This document shows, one piece after another, positions 25,120 through 34,077 of a DNA stretch of 64,000 nt (position 1 is its first letter; each line of letters opens with the position of its first letter). The translations under genes and the position numbers were made by a program. Source of the stretch: a virus. Taxonomy: Duplodnaviria > Heunggongvirae > Uroviricota > Caudoviricetes. Under the pieces are notes generated by a model, which was given only the letters and a program-made list of their open reading frames with translations, was not told the DNA's origin and made no database searches. The stretch lies in the IMG/VR virus record IMGVR_UViG_3300033153_011579. The stretch is one strand, 5' to 3'.

Positions 25120-25433
25120 GAGGGCTCGCCCTCCTTTTTCTTGAGCACGTCGATCGCCTGGGAGACGTGGCGGAGCCCCTGGTTGCCGCCCTGGGTCAGC
25201 ATGTCGTAGTCGATGTCGCCGTAGTCTTCGAGGCACTTGTAGGCCTGCTCGAGCTCGGCCTTCACCGCGTCGAGCTGCTTGCGGAGAGCTGCTTGTTTGT
25301 CGAGCAACTCTTCGTGGTCATCGATCAGCTTGACGACTCTCTGTTTTGCGATCGGGTGCAGTAGCGCCGTACCGAAGTTGATACCCTTGAACGTGCTCCT
25401 GAGCATGGCGGCGGTGGCTTTGAAGTCAGACAT
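25116..25433 (-). CDS. hypothetical protein (105 aa)
   Basis: ORF. Confidence 0.45.
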   Translation of the reverse strand: MSDFKATAAMLRSTFKGINFGTALLHPIAKQRVVKLIDDHEELLDKQAALRKQLDAVKAELEQAYKCLEDYGDIDYDMLTQGGNQGLRHVSQAIDVLKKKEGEPS

Positions 25434-26061
25434 CGCGCTTCCCCCACCTCTTCGGCCAGGTCTCGGGATCGTCGGTGCACTTCGGGCAGAGCGCGTAGCC
25501 GTTGTCGTGCAACTCGTCGACTTTGATCACCATGCTGTTGCACCGCGGGCAGACCATGCAGACGACCGTCTGCCCGCTCAACTCGGACGCTGCCTTGCCG
25601 ATGTAGTCGACATGAATAGGGCTCGCTACTTTCTCGGAGAGTTGGCCGAGACCGATGAGTACTTTCTCGTAGGCGTGGTTGTCCCTCTGGTGCTGGCTGG
25701 ACATCACCTGGAGCGTCTGAGCCCGATGCTTCCAGAGGGCGAGCTCGGCCTTGAGCTCTCTGGCTTCCTTTATTTTCACCTGGGACAGCCGGATCATCTC
25801 CTCGAGATCTGTCGCGTGGCTTTTTTCCTCATTGAGGATTCTGACGAGCTTCTTGATCGCTTCGGCCCGAGTCGACCCGGGCGGCCAGAGGGATTCGTCG
25901 GCACCGTTCCCGAGTGCGTCGTCGATCTCGGCGATGGCGGTCTTCTGGGTCTTGTGCTCATCGAAGATGCTCATCAGGTCGGCCTGTAGTTCCTCAAGAG
26001 TCTCCTTCCTGAGATTCTCGTCCTGTAGCCGCTTGATGATGTCTTCCTTGGCCATTACCAT
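25426..26061 (-). CDS. coiled-coil protein with C-terminal Zn ribbon (211 aa; CMVCPRC...CPKC)
   Basis: ORF with Cys motif. Confidence 0.5.
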   Translation of the reverse strand: MVMAKEDIIKRLQDENLRKETLEELQADLMSIFDEHKTQKTAIAEIDDALGNGADESLWPPGSTRAEAIKKLVRILNEEKSHATDLEEMIRLSQVKIKEARELKAELALWKHRAQTLQVMSSQHQRDNHAYEKVLIGLGQLSEKVASPIHVDYIGKAASELSGQTVVCMVCPRCNSMVIKVDELHDNGYALCPKCTDDPETWPKRWGKRDV

Positions 26062-26062
26062 C

Positions 26063-26266
26063 TCAATCCTCCCTCGTATATTTGTCTAAGAGCGCCTGCT
26101 GCTCCTTGGTGAGTTCTTCTCCGATCTGGGTCAGCATGACGACGTGCCAGAACTCGCACATCTCCCGCTGGGCGTCGTCGCACATTATTTGGAACTCGTC
26201 GGTGATCGTCTCGCCTTCTTCGAGCGGCGGCGCTTTGATCTCGACGGTCCAGGTGATCTCAGTCAC
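26063..26266 (-). CDS. hypothetical acidic protein (67 aa)
   Basis: ORF. Confidence 0.4.
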   Translation of the reverse strand: MTEITWTVEIKAPPLEEGETITDEFQIMCDDAQREMCEFWHVVMLTQIGEELTKEQQALLDKYTRED

Positions 26267-27368
26267 GGATCACCTCGACGATCCCTTTGGCAGTTGGTGA
26301 CAAGCTCGCGAGGACCGCATCGGCTCCGGTGACCTCCCTGATGTGCGCCAGGAACTTTGCGTCGTCGTCCATCTTCAAGATCTCGCCGCCGTCGAAGAAC
26401 CGAAAGTCGTCGTTGATGAGGTCGAGGCACGTGACGGCCAGCTCCGGGGTTTTCGTCATGATGTAGTCGTCTTTGTAGATGGCGTAGCTGAGCAGGTCGA
26501 GATCCAGGAGGGTCTTCCTAAATGTTCCCTGGGGGCCGTCGTCCGGGTTCTGCTCGTGTGGATTGTCCTTGATGTTGCAGGGGACGATGTCGCTCATCGG
26601 ACCTTTCCCATGCCGCGTCTGGTAAGCGCGGGTGACGAGCACGATCTCCGGCTCGTATCCCATCTCGCAAATATTTTTCGACCCGGTGTTCGTCGGAGTG
26701 ACGTATGGAAAAAAACCAAAATTCTGGTCGAGCAGCAGGCCTTGCGACCCTTCCCAGATAACCGTTTCGAACGAATCGATGACCTGCTCGTTCGACATCC
26801 CGATGGCCGCGTTGTGTGTCACCTCGTCGCACGCGACGAAGAAATTTTGGATGATGTAGTCGTCCGGTCTGAAGCCGTAGTATTGATAAAACTGCTCCAT
26901 CTTCATCCGCATTATTCTCGGGTGGAACAGGTCTTCGAACAGCAGGTGATGACCCTCCCGCTCTCTTTTGACGGTCGCGAAGATTCCGACCTCACAGCTG
27001 CCGCCGAAATCGGAATTCCGCTTATTCCACTCGATTTCAAACGGCGTGGTGACCGGGCACCTGTGGTCGACGAGGAGTCGTGGGAAGACTTTTTTCACCA
27101 GCAAGACGTCGAGCTCGTTCATGAGGGCGACGGGGTTGACCGAGCAGTATTTCGACCAGAAGGTCGGGACGCCTCGGAACGACCCGCTACCGAAATGAGA
27201 AAATACGTGAGACCTACCGTCCTCGAGCACCACCTGATGCGCGGCCTGGTGGCCGCCCGAGAACCGCACCACGAGCTCGGCCTTGTTGACGTCACAGAGG
27301 TAGTCGACCAGATGTCCTTTCCCCTCGTCCCCAAAGCCGAGCCCGATGACAGCGATGTGCTTGGTCAC
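26259..27368 (-). CDS. purZ?: adenylosuccinate synthetase homolog, PurA/PurZ family (369 aa; GTG start)
   Basis: The motifs [14 protein letters not shown] and [11 protein letters not shown] correspond to the PurA P-loop (GDEGKGK) and GGHNAGH motifs. [24 protein letters not shown] corresponds to PurA [34 protein letters not shown] corresponds to AYSTRVGAGP, and [14 protein letters not shown] to GATTGRRRRTGWLD. Confidence 0.65.
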   Translation of the reverse strand: [369 protein letters not shown]

Positions 27369-28220
27369 AGGATCTCCTCGCCGTCGGAGGGATCCGTCGC
27401 GCTGGACCGCCGCGTCGTTTTTCCGTAGTTGGCCAAGATCGTCGAGGCGATCGTCCCGGCGACATCCGTGTGGCGCTGGGCCGGCAGGAGGTCGTCACCG
27501 ATGAGCGCCTTCCACGAGTCGACCGTCTCGGGCTGGCTACCGCGGGCGGTCTCCGAGATGTTGATGTGAAAGACGTGGTACTTCTCACGCGCCGACTCGA
27601 GCAGCTCTCGGGACGTGACGTCCTGGTACTGGCCGGGGCCCATGATCTCCTGCAGGTCGCGGCTTGCTAAGCCGTTGAGGACCGGCTCGTCGCCGATGGT
27701 GAACAGGAAGCCGGGCTTGTTCCTATTTTTAAGGCAGTCGATCGCCGTGTGTCTCGCGGCGAAATACCAGGCGAGCATGTAGCTCTCGCCCTCGTTCCCC
27801 CCGCCGTGGCCTTCGAGGTAGACGTCGGTCAGCCAGCGGTCGAGCAGGTCGTCGCTCGATTCGAACTGCCCGACCTGGAGCGGGGCCTCGTCGCACGTGT
27901 GGTCGCCGATGGCCAGGAACAGGACTTGCGGGTCCTCGACGCCCTTGGCGATTATGGTCTCCATGATCTGCGGCAGCCCCTTCTTCACGAGCTCGTGCGG
28001 GACCGACCCCATCGACCCGGTGACGTCGAGCGCGATGATGATCGCGAGCGAGTTCGGGTGCTCTTCGGAATCGCACGACTCGCGTAGCGTGATCCCGTGG
28101 GGGCTCATGGCGTTGTGGATCGTCCGCTGCTTGAAGATCTGCTCGCGAGGGGCGTGTACGTAATTTAGCGACTCCGACCTCACAGCGCGGGCTGTGCTGT
28201 TGTATGTTCCGCCGCCCATC
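27365..28220 (-). CDS. von Willebrand factor A (vWA)-like domain protein
   Basis: IIIALDVTGSMGS (MIDAS-like DxTxS) with alternating hydrophobic strands; GTGA overlap with the purZ-like start. Confidence 0.5.
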
Positions 28221-28562
28221 TCACTCACCTCCAAACAGGTAGTCGTATCGCTTCTGGGCGATGTCCAGCTTGATCTCGGTGTTCCGGATCTTCACGCCGA
28301 GCTCGACGTCCTTGGCGACGTACTCGTCCGAGTTGAAGTCGCTGGCGAGCACCAGGCTGTCGGCCGAGGTGGGGGACAGGTCGAGCATGTTCTCCTGCTC
28401 CCTCGCCATCTTCCTTATCTGTAATTGCAGGTCTTCGATCCGCCGCTTGTAGATCAGCTCCGTGTCCTCGCCGATAGCCTCGGCTCGGTCGTTGCGGATC
28501 TTCTTGTTGTTGCGCTTCAGTGAAGACAGAAACGCGCCTTCTGTTTTCTCTTCTTCAGTCAT
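28221..28562 (-). CDS. hypothetical protein (113 aa)
   Basis: ORF. Confidence 0.45.
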   Translation of the reverse strand: MTEEEKTEGAFLSSLKRNNKKIRNDRAEAIGEDTELIYKRRIEDLQLQIRKMAREQENMLDLSPTSADSLVLASDFNSDEYVAKDVELGVKIRNTEIKLDIAQKRYDYLFGGE

Positions 28563-28620
28563 CTTTTCTCTCCCTTACTCGTGTGCCGTTGGCACCTTGG
28601 GGTTTGTTGACTTCTATCGC

Positions 28621-28977
28621 TCATAGCTCGAGCCCTCTCCACCAGTCCGACCTGGTCAGAGCAGGGATGCCTATTTCTTTCATCTTCTTGGTGAGCTGCT
28701 TGTTCATCTGGCCGTTGTTGAGGGGTCTGGAGGTCGAATATCGCTCGGCCGAATCGGCGTGGAAACCGAGAGACGACCGGCCTCTGCCGAGCCGCTCGAT
28801 CATCTTGACGGCGTCCATGTCCCAGCTCTTGTTGTGAACATCCTGGCACTCGAGCACCGCGCGCTGGGCGAGCTCGACGATGCATTTCTTACAAAAATCT
28901 CCCTCGTCGCGCCAGGGGATCATGTGCGAGGGGCGGATGTCGACACCGCAACGCGGGCAGTTTGCCTGCTCAGCCAT
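28621..28977 (-). CDS. Zn-ribbon protein (118 aa; CPRCG...CKKC)
   Basis: ORF. Confidence 0.45.
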   Translation of the reverse strand: MAEQANCPRCGVDIRPSHMIPWRDEGDFCKKCIVELAQRAVLECQDVHNKSWDMDAVKMIERLGRGRSSLGFHADSAERYSTSRPLNNGQMNKQLTKKMKEIGIPALTRSDWWRGLEL

Positions 28978-29164
28978 TTTTTTGTAACTCCTCGTGAGCA
29001 ATCTTCACTCCGCAGCAGACTTCGTAGTATCCGTCGTCGGTAGCGATCTCGGTCAGGCGGTATCCTAACTCTTCCTCTTCCTCGTGGCACGACCCGCAGC
29101 ATCTGGTCTCGAGACCGAATTTTTGTGCCGCTGCCGCACAGCCGCCGAGGTACTTATCAGCCAT
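28970..29164 (-). CDS. Cys-rich small protein (64 aa)
   Basis: ORF. Confidence 0.4.
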   Translation of the reverse strand: MADKYLGGCAAAAQKFGLETRCCGSCHEEEEELGYRLTEIATDDGYYEVCCGVKIAHEELQKNG

Positions 29165-29477
29165 CGGACTTCTCGGCGTCCGGCTCTGGGAAGTCGTGCT
29201 GAGTACCAACCATGGTGATGGCCACGAACTCGGCGGCTGGACGGTTGTGGAGGGCGCGTGAGGCTTGCACGAACTCCGGCACGATGCGGCCTTTGAAGTT
29301 GTTCAAAACGGTGGTGCAGAGCCCGTTGCCTTTTTCCTCTTGGTTTTCGAAGTTGAACGACGCGACCATGGGGAGCTGGTGCTCATTGCAGATCGCAATG
29401 ATCTTCGTCATCAGCGGGCTGATCTGCTCGTCGTGCACGGCTTCGAGGTCGAAGTGTTCTTGCTCTTCTTTACTCAT
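29157..29477 (-). CDS. hypothetical protein (106 aa)
   Basis: ORF. Confidence 0.45.
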   Translation of the reverse strand: MSKEEQEHFDLEAVHDEQISPLMTKIIAICNEHQLPMVASFNFENQEEKGNGLCTTVLNNFKGRIVPEFVQASRALHNRPAAEFVAITMVGTQHDFPEPDAEKSDG

Positions 29478-29478
29478 C

Positions 29479-30102
29479 TCAAAAGCTCTTCCTACCGGTC
29501 AGCTTCGTGACCAGTTTTCCAATTTCGTCTGGCGTGGGCGCGTCGGGATCCGCCTCGGTCGACCCGGGCAAGAGGTGGGCGTCCTGCGCCGGCCGCAGAC
29601 TCGGGCACAGCACCTGTGCTGCTCCTGCCGTGAGCCGCCCCTTGTCGACCGCGGCCTTGATGGTTGACTCGCGCGAGCTGACGTCGTGCCCCAGGCTGAC
29701 CAGCCACGCGGGCTTCTCGCTCGAGTCTCGCCGGCTCGCGATCTTCTTCCTGTAGATTTCCAAAAACGCAACGCGGGCCGCCACGCGGTCGGTCATCTGG
29801 CGCACCGCCTCGAACGCCTCGGCGATCTCCTGCGTCCAGACGGTCGTGTCGTGCTCGGAGTGCGGGCAGAGGGCCCAGGCCTCTTGTGGGTCCGGCCAGC
29901 CGGTGTCCACCCGCTCGAGGATCGCAGCGAGGGTGAGACGACGGCTCAACTCCCGCCGGCACCGACGAAGCGCGTGCAGCACGACGTCGTCCGGATACAA
30001 GGACAATTCCTCGACCATCTCGGCTGTCGCCGCCTCGGAGAGCTCGGTCGCGCAGATCTCGGCGGTGACCGCCAAGGCGATCACGAGATTACTCTTCTTC
30101 AT
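29479..30102 (-). CDS. hypothetical protein (207 aa) downstream of the replication initiator-like gene
   Basis: ORF; its position suggests a replication accessory or loader role (inference only). Confidence 0.4.
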   Translation of the reverse strand: MKKSNLVIALAVTAEICATELSEAATAEMVEELSLYPDDVVLHALRRCRRELSRRLTLAAILERVDTGWPDPQEAWALCPHSEHDTTVWTQEIAEAFEAVRQMTDRVAARVAFLEIYRKKIASRRDSSEKPAWLVSLGHDVSSRESTIKAAVDKGRLTAGAAQVLCPSLRPAQDAHLLPGSTEADPDAPTPDEIGKLVTKLTGRKSF

Positions 30103-31111
30103 CTTCTTCAGCTTTGTATTTGTCGCGGAGTTTTCTCGCGACGTCCCCCGTGGTCGCCCGGCGGTCCGACGCACGCGCCGCGCCGTCGGTTATCTGTGAC
30201 CCGGTGGCCCACTCGGTCCTCACGGTCTCGGCGTCGACGAGCAGGGTGGGGAGGGCGTGGCCCTTCTTCACGTACCAGCCCTTGTTCATCGAGACGTAGT
30301 GCGCAACGACCTGCTCGGCGTCGGCGGCACCCAGGCGCTCGATGATGCGCCTTATGGCCGTGTTGGCCAGCGCGTTGCGCACAGGCGGAGTGCCGTACCG
30401 GAGCTTATAGGCGGCCGAATAGGCCTCCCAAACTCTCCCTGCTATCACCAGCCTCTCCTCCTTCGGCTTCGCCTTCGGTTTTTTCCTAGCTTCAGGTTTT
30501 TTCTCAACCGGGGTCACGGGCGCTTGCGCGCGTGAAGGATCCGGATCTCTCCCGTCGGGTTCCCCTCCGGGATCCCTTTCTGGATCTGGATCTGCCTCTG
30601 ATCTCTGCCTCTGCTTCTGCCTCTGCCTCTGCATGGCGTTACTATCGTTACTGGGCGTTACAGGGGGGTTACTAGGTGTTACATCAGCGTTACCAAGCGT
30701 TACATCAGCGTTACCATTACCTTTTTCATCCTCTTTTTTCCTCTCCCTGTACCTCCTTACCCTCTCAGCGGTTTTTTCTCGCCTATCGTCCGCCGAGCAC
30801 AGCTGCCGGTACTTCTCGCTGTTCAGCACCTTCCAGCCGCCGTCCACCGGGGCGATCCGCCGGCCCTCGTAATCCGGGGTCCTCGAGTGCTCGTCTGGAC
30901 TCATCAGCCGCTCGAGAGCTTCTTTGCAAAGGTCGAGGTCCACCCGCGCCTCGTGGGAGAGGCCGGGGACGCTCGCGCTCACGATCCCGTCTCTGTCCAT
31001 CAGCGCGAGCATCGTGATCCACACCAACCGGACGTGGTCCTCTTCGCAAACCCAGATCGACGACTGGAGAATCGAACTGTGCAACTTCGTAAAACCTCTG
31101 GTCATGGACAC
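30089..31111 (-). CDS. replication initiator-like protein (340 aa; phage replisome-organizer/O-like N-terminal wHTH, low-complexity linker, C-terminal domain)
   Basis: The N-terminus MTRGFTKLHSSILQSSIW...VRLVWITMLALMDRDGIVSASVPGL resembles phage replication-initiator DNA-binding domains; the gene contains the iteron array. Confidence 0.45.
   Translation of the reverse strand: MSMTRGFTKLHSSILQSSIWVCEEDHVRLVWITMLALMDRDGIVSASVPGLSHEARVDLDLCKEALERLMSPDEHSRTPDYEGRRIAPVDGGWKVLNSEKYRQLCSADDRREKTAERVRRYRERKKEDEKGNGNADVTLGNADVTPSNPPVTPSNDSNAMQRQRQKQRQRSEADPDPERDPGGEPDGRDPDPSRAQAPVTPVEKKPEARKKPKAKPKEERLVIAGRVWEAYSAAYKLRYGTPPVRNALANTAIRRIIERLGAADAEQVVAHYVSMNKGWYVKKGHALPTLLVDAETVRTEWATGSQITDGAARASDRRATTGDVARKLRDKYKAEEDEEE
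30589..30633 (-). repeat. CTGCCTCTG-type tandem repeats (coding the QRQRQKQRQR linker)
   Basis: Sequence at this position. Confidence 0.8.
30635..30716 (-). repeat. eight (C/G/T)GTTAC iterons at 9-11-bp (helical) spacing inside the initiator gene, followed by a T/C-rich tract (30721-30780); candidate origin of replication
   Basis: Copies at 30637, 30646, 30656, 30667, 30677, 30688, 30698 and 30709. Confidence 0.55.
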
Positions 31112-31130
31112 CAGTGTCCTTTCTTGAACT

Positions 31131-31382
31131 TCAGCTTTCAGATCCGTAGGTGTCTTTCATGTATTGACGAAGCAACGTCTCGAGCTTCCCGAGCTCCCGC
31201 TTCGACGTCGTTACCGCCGCCGGCCAGTTTGACCAGAACTCCTTTAGCTCCTCGAAGAGCAGCACACTCGCCGGCGACCCCCGGTTCACGATGCGCAGCA
31301 GCACGGTCAAAATTCGCAGGTTTGTTTTCGTCAGCATGGCCTTGAACGCCATCGCCGTATCGATCTTGTCCATGAACCCCAT
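31131..31382 (-). CDS. hypothetical protein (83 aa)
   Basis: ORF. Confidence 0.45.
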   Translation of the reverse strand: MGFMDKIDTAMAFKAMLTKTNLRILTVLLRIVNRGSPASVLLFEELKEFWSNWPAAVTTSKRELGKLETLLRQYMKDTYGSES

Positions 31383-31390
31383 GCGTCACC

Positions 31391-31651
31391 TCACCCTACC
31401 GGCCGCTTGGATCCGGTATCTCCGTAAATACTGATCGACGGCATGATGATCACCGACCAGTTCTGCCGGTAGTCGATCCCACCATCGCGCCACTTGTACT
31501 GAAAACCCCACGCCACATTCGGGCTGTTGAGCATCTCGGCCTGCATCGACTCGTTGTCGATCAGCGCGGCCATCGTCTGATGCGGCCCGAACCTCCCGAC
31601 CAGCTCGTCGACCAGCGGCTGGAGCTCAGCGTCCTTCGTTGCCAACCCCAT
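31391..31651 (-). CDS. hypothetical protein (86 aa)
   Basis: ORF. Confidence 0.45.
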   Translation of the reverse strand: MGLATKDAELQPLVDELVGRFGPHQTMAALIDNESMQAEMLNSPNVAWGFQYKWRDGGIDYRQNWSVIIMPSISIYGDTGSKRPVG

Positions 31652-31833
31652 CAGGAGACCTCCCCACCGAGGGTTTTGACCTTGCCCTCGATCAGGATGA
31701 TCCTCTTCGCCTGCTTCTCGTTGACCTTCTTGTACTCGCGGATCGCGGTGTCCCGCTGGTCGACCTGCTCCTTGAGGTTGGCGATCTTCTCGCGCTGGTT
31801 TTTTGCAAGCTTCTCTCTCGTGTTCATCGACAT
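31651..31833 (-). CDS. small basic coiled-coil protein (60 aa)
   Basis: ORF. Confidence 0.4.
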   Translation of the reverse strand: MSMNTREKLAKNQREKIANLKEQVDQRDTAIREYKKVNEKQAKRIILIEGKVKTLGGEVS

Positions 31834-31834
31834 C

Positions 31835-32173
31835 TCAGTCCTCCTCTGCGATCCGCTTGGCCACGCACAACTCCTCGGCCTGGCGCAGGGCCTTGGTCAT
31901 CGCCACGGAGTGGTCCAACTTGCCCATCTCCTTTAACGCCTGGATTAGTCCGTACTTCGATTGGGACACGCACACCGCCGCGTGCTTGCACGCCGACAAC
32001 TGGACGTCGAGGTCGTGCATCCCGGCTACCAGGGCCGCCACGTCGTCCTCGAGCGCGTCCACGTCGGCCTTGGCATTTTTTAAAACGTTCATGGTGACAC
32101 CAGCGTAGGTGGCCGAGGCAACCGCCAGCAAGACCATCACCGACAGCGCAACCTGTAAACTCGATCTCGACAT
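31835..32173 (-). CDS. secreted/periplasmic small protein (112 aa, signal peptide)
   Basis: MSRSSLQVALSVMVLLAVASATYA. Confidence 0.45.
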   Translation of the reverse strand: MSRSSLQVALSVMVLLAVASATYAGVTMNVLKNAKADVDALEDDVAALVAGMHDLDVQLSACKHAAVCVSQSKYGLIQALKEMGKLDHSVAMTKALRQAEELCVAKRIAEED

Positions 32174-32174
32174 C

Positions 32175-32462
32175 TCAGTCCTCCTCGTTTCCTTTGCTGA
32201 CCGACGGACACCCAATCATGATGAGCTCCGCCCTGATCTCGGCCTTCAACTTGATCTTTCGGAGTAGCTCGCTGAGAGGATCACAGGCTAACCCAATCAA
32301 AAAGCTTTTTTCCGGGTGGTCGACGAGAATTATGGCGAGACCAGAGATCGACTTCAGCGCATGGTCGGCCAGCGGGCCCACCATCGGGTCGTCGGCGATC
32401 ATCGCTAACGCCTCCTCGGTCAACTCCGGTAGGTCCCGTCCCTTGATGTCGTCCAGACTCAT
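32175..32462 (-). CDS. hypothetical protein (95 aa)
   Basis: ORF. Confidence 0.45.
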   Translation of the reverse strand: MSLDDIKGRDLPELTEEALAMIADDPMVGPLADHALKSISGLAIILVDHPEKSFLIGLACDPLSELLRKIKLKAEIRAELIMIGCPSVSKGNEED

Positions 32463-32836
32463 AGTGAGGCCTCCTCACTTTCTGCGCAGGCCAGCCAGCG
32501 CTCCCACAGGTCGTCGTTCGCTCTCGACAGGTCGCGCACTATCTCCGCGCACTCCTCCCGACACGTCTCGATGGTCGGGGCGGCTGCCGCCTCGATGCAC
32601 AGCCGGAACTCTCGCGAGCGACACTCTTCGGACTGAGTCCTCGAGTAGTCGTGGGCCGAGCCGGGGCAGATCTCGTCGACCACCTCACCACACGTCTTCT
32701 CGATCGGCTCCGGGCAGTCGGTCTCGCACCGAGGAACGAAGAACGTTGCGATGACACAGCCGACCGCGATGCCGATGATCATGAACACGATGGCCAGCGC
32801 GATCATGCCGCCCTCTGTCAGTTTTCCGTCAGCCAT
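32459..32836 (-). CDS. membrane-anchored acidic Cys-rich protein (125 aa; paralog of 8684-9052)
   Basis: TM helix then Cys-rich domain with a shared C-terminal motif. Confidence 0.5.
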   Translation of the reverse strand: MADGKLTEGGMIALAIVFMIIGIAVGCVIATFFVPRCETDCPEPIEKTCGEVVDEICPGSAHDYSRTQSEECRSREFRLCIEAAAAPTIETCREECAEIVRDLSRANDDLWERWLACAESEEASL

Positions 32837-32839
32837 GAC

Positions 32840-33718
32840 CTACCTCTTGGCCGGCGACACTACAGGAATCGAGCTCCCCTCGCCCGTGGCGATGACCTTG
32901 TCGCCGGGCCCGACGCGTTTATAAAGCGTCTTCTTGGCTTCGATCTCTCGCAGCGCAAGGTACTTGTCGGTGAGCGCGCCCCCCATGATCTTCACGTAGA
33001 CCGCCTCGGACTCCGCCTCGGCCGTCCTGACCGCCTTCATCTTCTCGGCGACCTTCAGCCGGTTGTCGGCCTGGAGCAGCTCCATCGCCTGCTTCGCCTT
33101 CTCCTCGTCGATCTCGATCTCTCGCCGGCGCTTCTTTTCGACGGCCTTGGTGATGACCTCCGGGTAGTCGAAGTTCGAGGTGACGACGCTCACGAGCTGC
33201 ATCGGCGTCCCCTTCAGCGAGGCGTGCAGCTGCTTGTGAATCTCTTTCTGGATCGCGTCCCGGTTTTCTCTGATCTGCGTCGTCGAGTATTTGCTCACGA
33301 TGCCACGCGCGATCGACCGAGCCTCGGGCTTCACGTACACGTTGTACAAGCTCTCGAACCCGAGTGCCGCCGCGTCGTACTCATCCCATCGCTCCATCTT
33401 CGACCCCTGGCGATTCAGGAGCTCCTTGATCGCAGATCCGTCTGCCGAGACCAGCCGCGTCCTCGTCACCAAATTGAACCTGAAGTTCAGGTCGTCCGAG
33501 CACAGGACGCTCATCTTCTCCTCGATGGCGTCCTCCTTCGTGTCGACCAGCTGCATCGAGTCGCGACCCCAGCACCCGTGGTGACCGGGTTGTAACACCT
33601 CGCCCGTCAGCCCTCCCGGGGTCTGTACCATCCCCACCCAGCCCGCAGGAACTACCTCGTTGCAACCGATGACCAAAAACGCCGCCAGGAACATTCCCAA
33701 AACACATGCTGATTTCAT
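32840..33718 (-). CDS. SPFH/band-7 (prohibitin/HflK-like) domain lipoprotein
   Basis: Lipobox LVIGC; VVTSNFDYPEVITKAVEKKRRREIEIDEEKAKQAMELLQADNRLKVAEK... fits the SPFH core + coiled coil. Confidence 0.55.
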   Translation of the reverse strand: MKSACVLGMFLAAFLVIGCNEVVPAGWVGMVQTPGGLTGEVLQPGHHGCWGRDSMQLVDTKEDAIEEKMSVLCSDDLNFRFNLVTRTRLVSADGSAIKELLNRQGSKMERWDEYDAAALGFESLYNVYVKPEARSIARGIVSKYSTTQIRENRDAIQKEIHKQLHASLKGTPMQLVSVVTSNFDYPEVITKAVEKKRRREIEIDEEKAKQAMELLQADNRLKVAEKMKAVRTAEAESEAVYVKIMGGALTDKYLALREIEAKKTLYKRVGPGDKVIATGEGSSIPVVSPAKR

Positions 33719-34077
33719 TGCCGAGCCTCTCTTTCTTCGGTGGTGAAGTCCACCTTGGAGCCACCGCGAACGCACGCGATGACTTGTTTGAGTTCTGCGA
33801 TCACAAACCGACCGAGACCGATCCTGTCGAGGTCGATGATGAGGGGCGGTGTCGTGTAGCCACGATCGTTGATCCTCACACGGAAGTTAACCCAGTCGCC
33901 GACCTTCACCCTGGTAAACCACCCGCGCACGGCGACCACCTCCCCGCGGAGGGTGTTTGTTTTCTCCGAGAATTTATCTCCGCAGTCGTCGGCGTGGATC
34001 CGCACGATCATCGACTTTCTCGGCATCGACGTGACGATGCCCTTGATGTCCTCCCTCTGAATTTCTCTATCGGCCAT
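33715..34077 (-). CDS. hypothetical protein (120 aa, possibly OB-fold-like)
   Basis: ORF; ATGA overlap. Confidence 0.45.
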   Translation of the reverse strand: MADREIQREDIKGIVTSMPRKSMIVRIHADDCGDKFSEKTNTLRGEVVAVRGWFTRVKVGDWVNFRVRINDRGYTTPPLIIDLDRIGLGRFVIAELKQVIACVRGGSKVDFTTEEREARQ

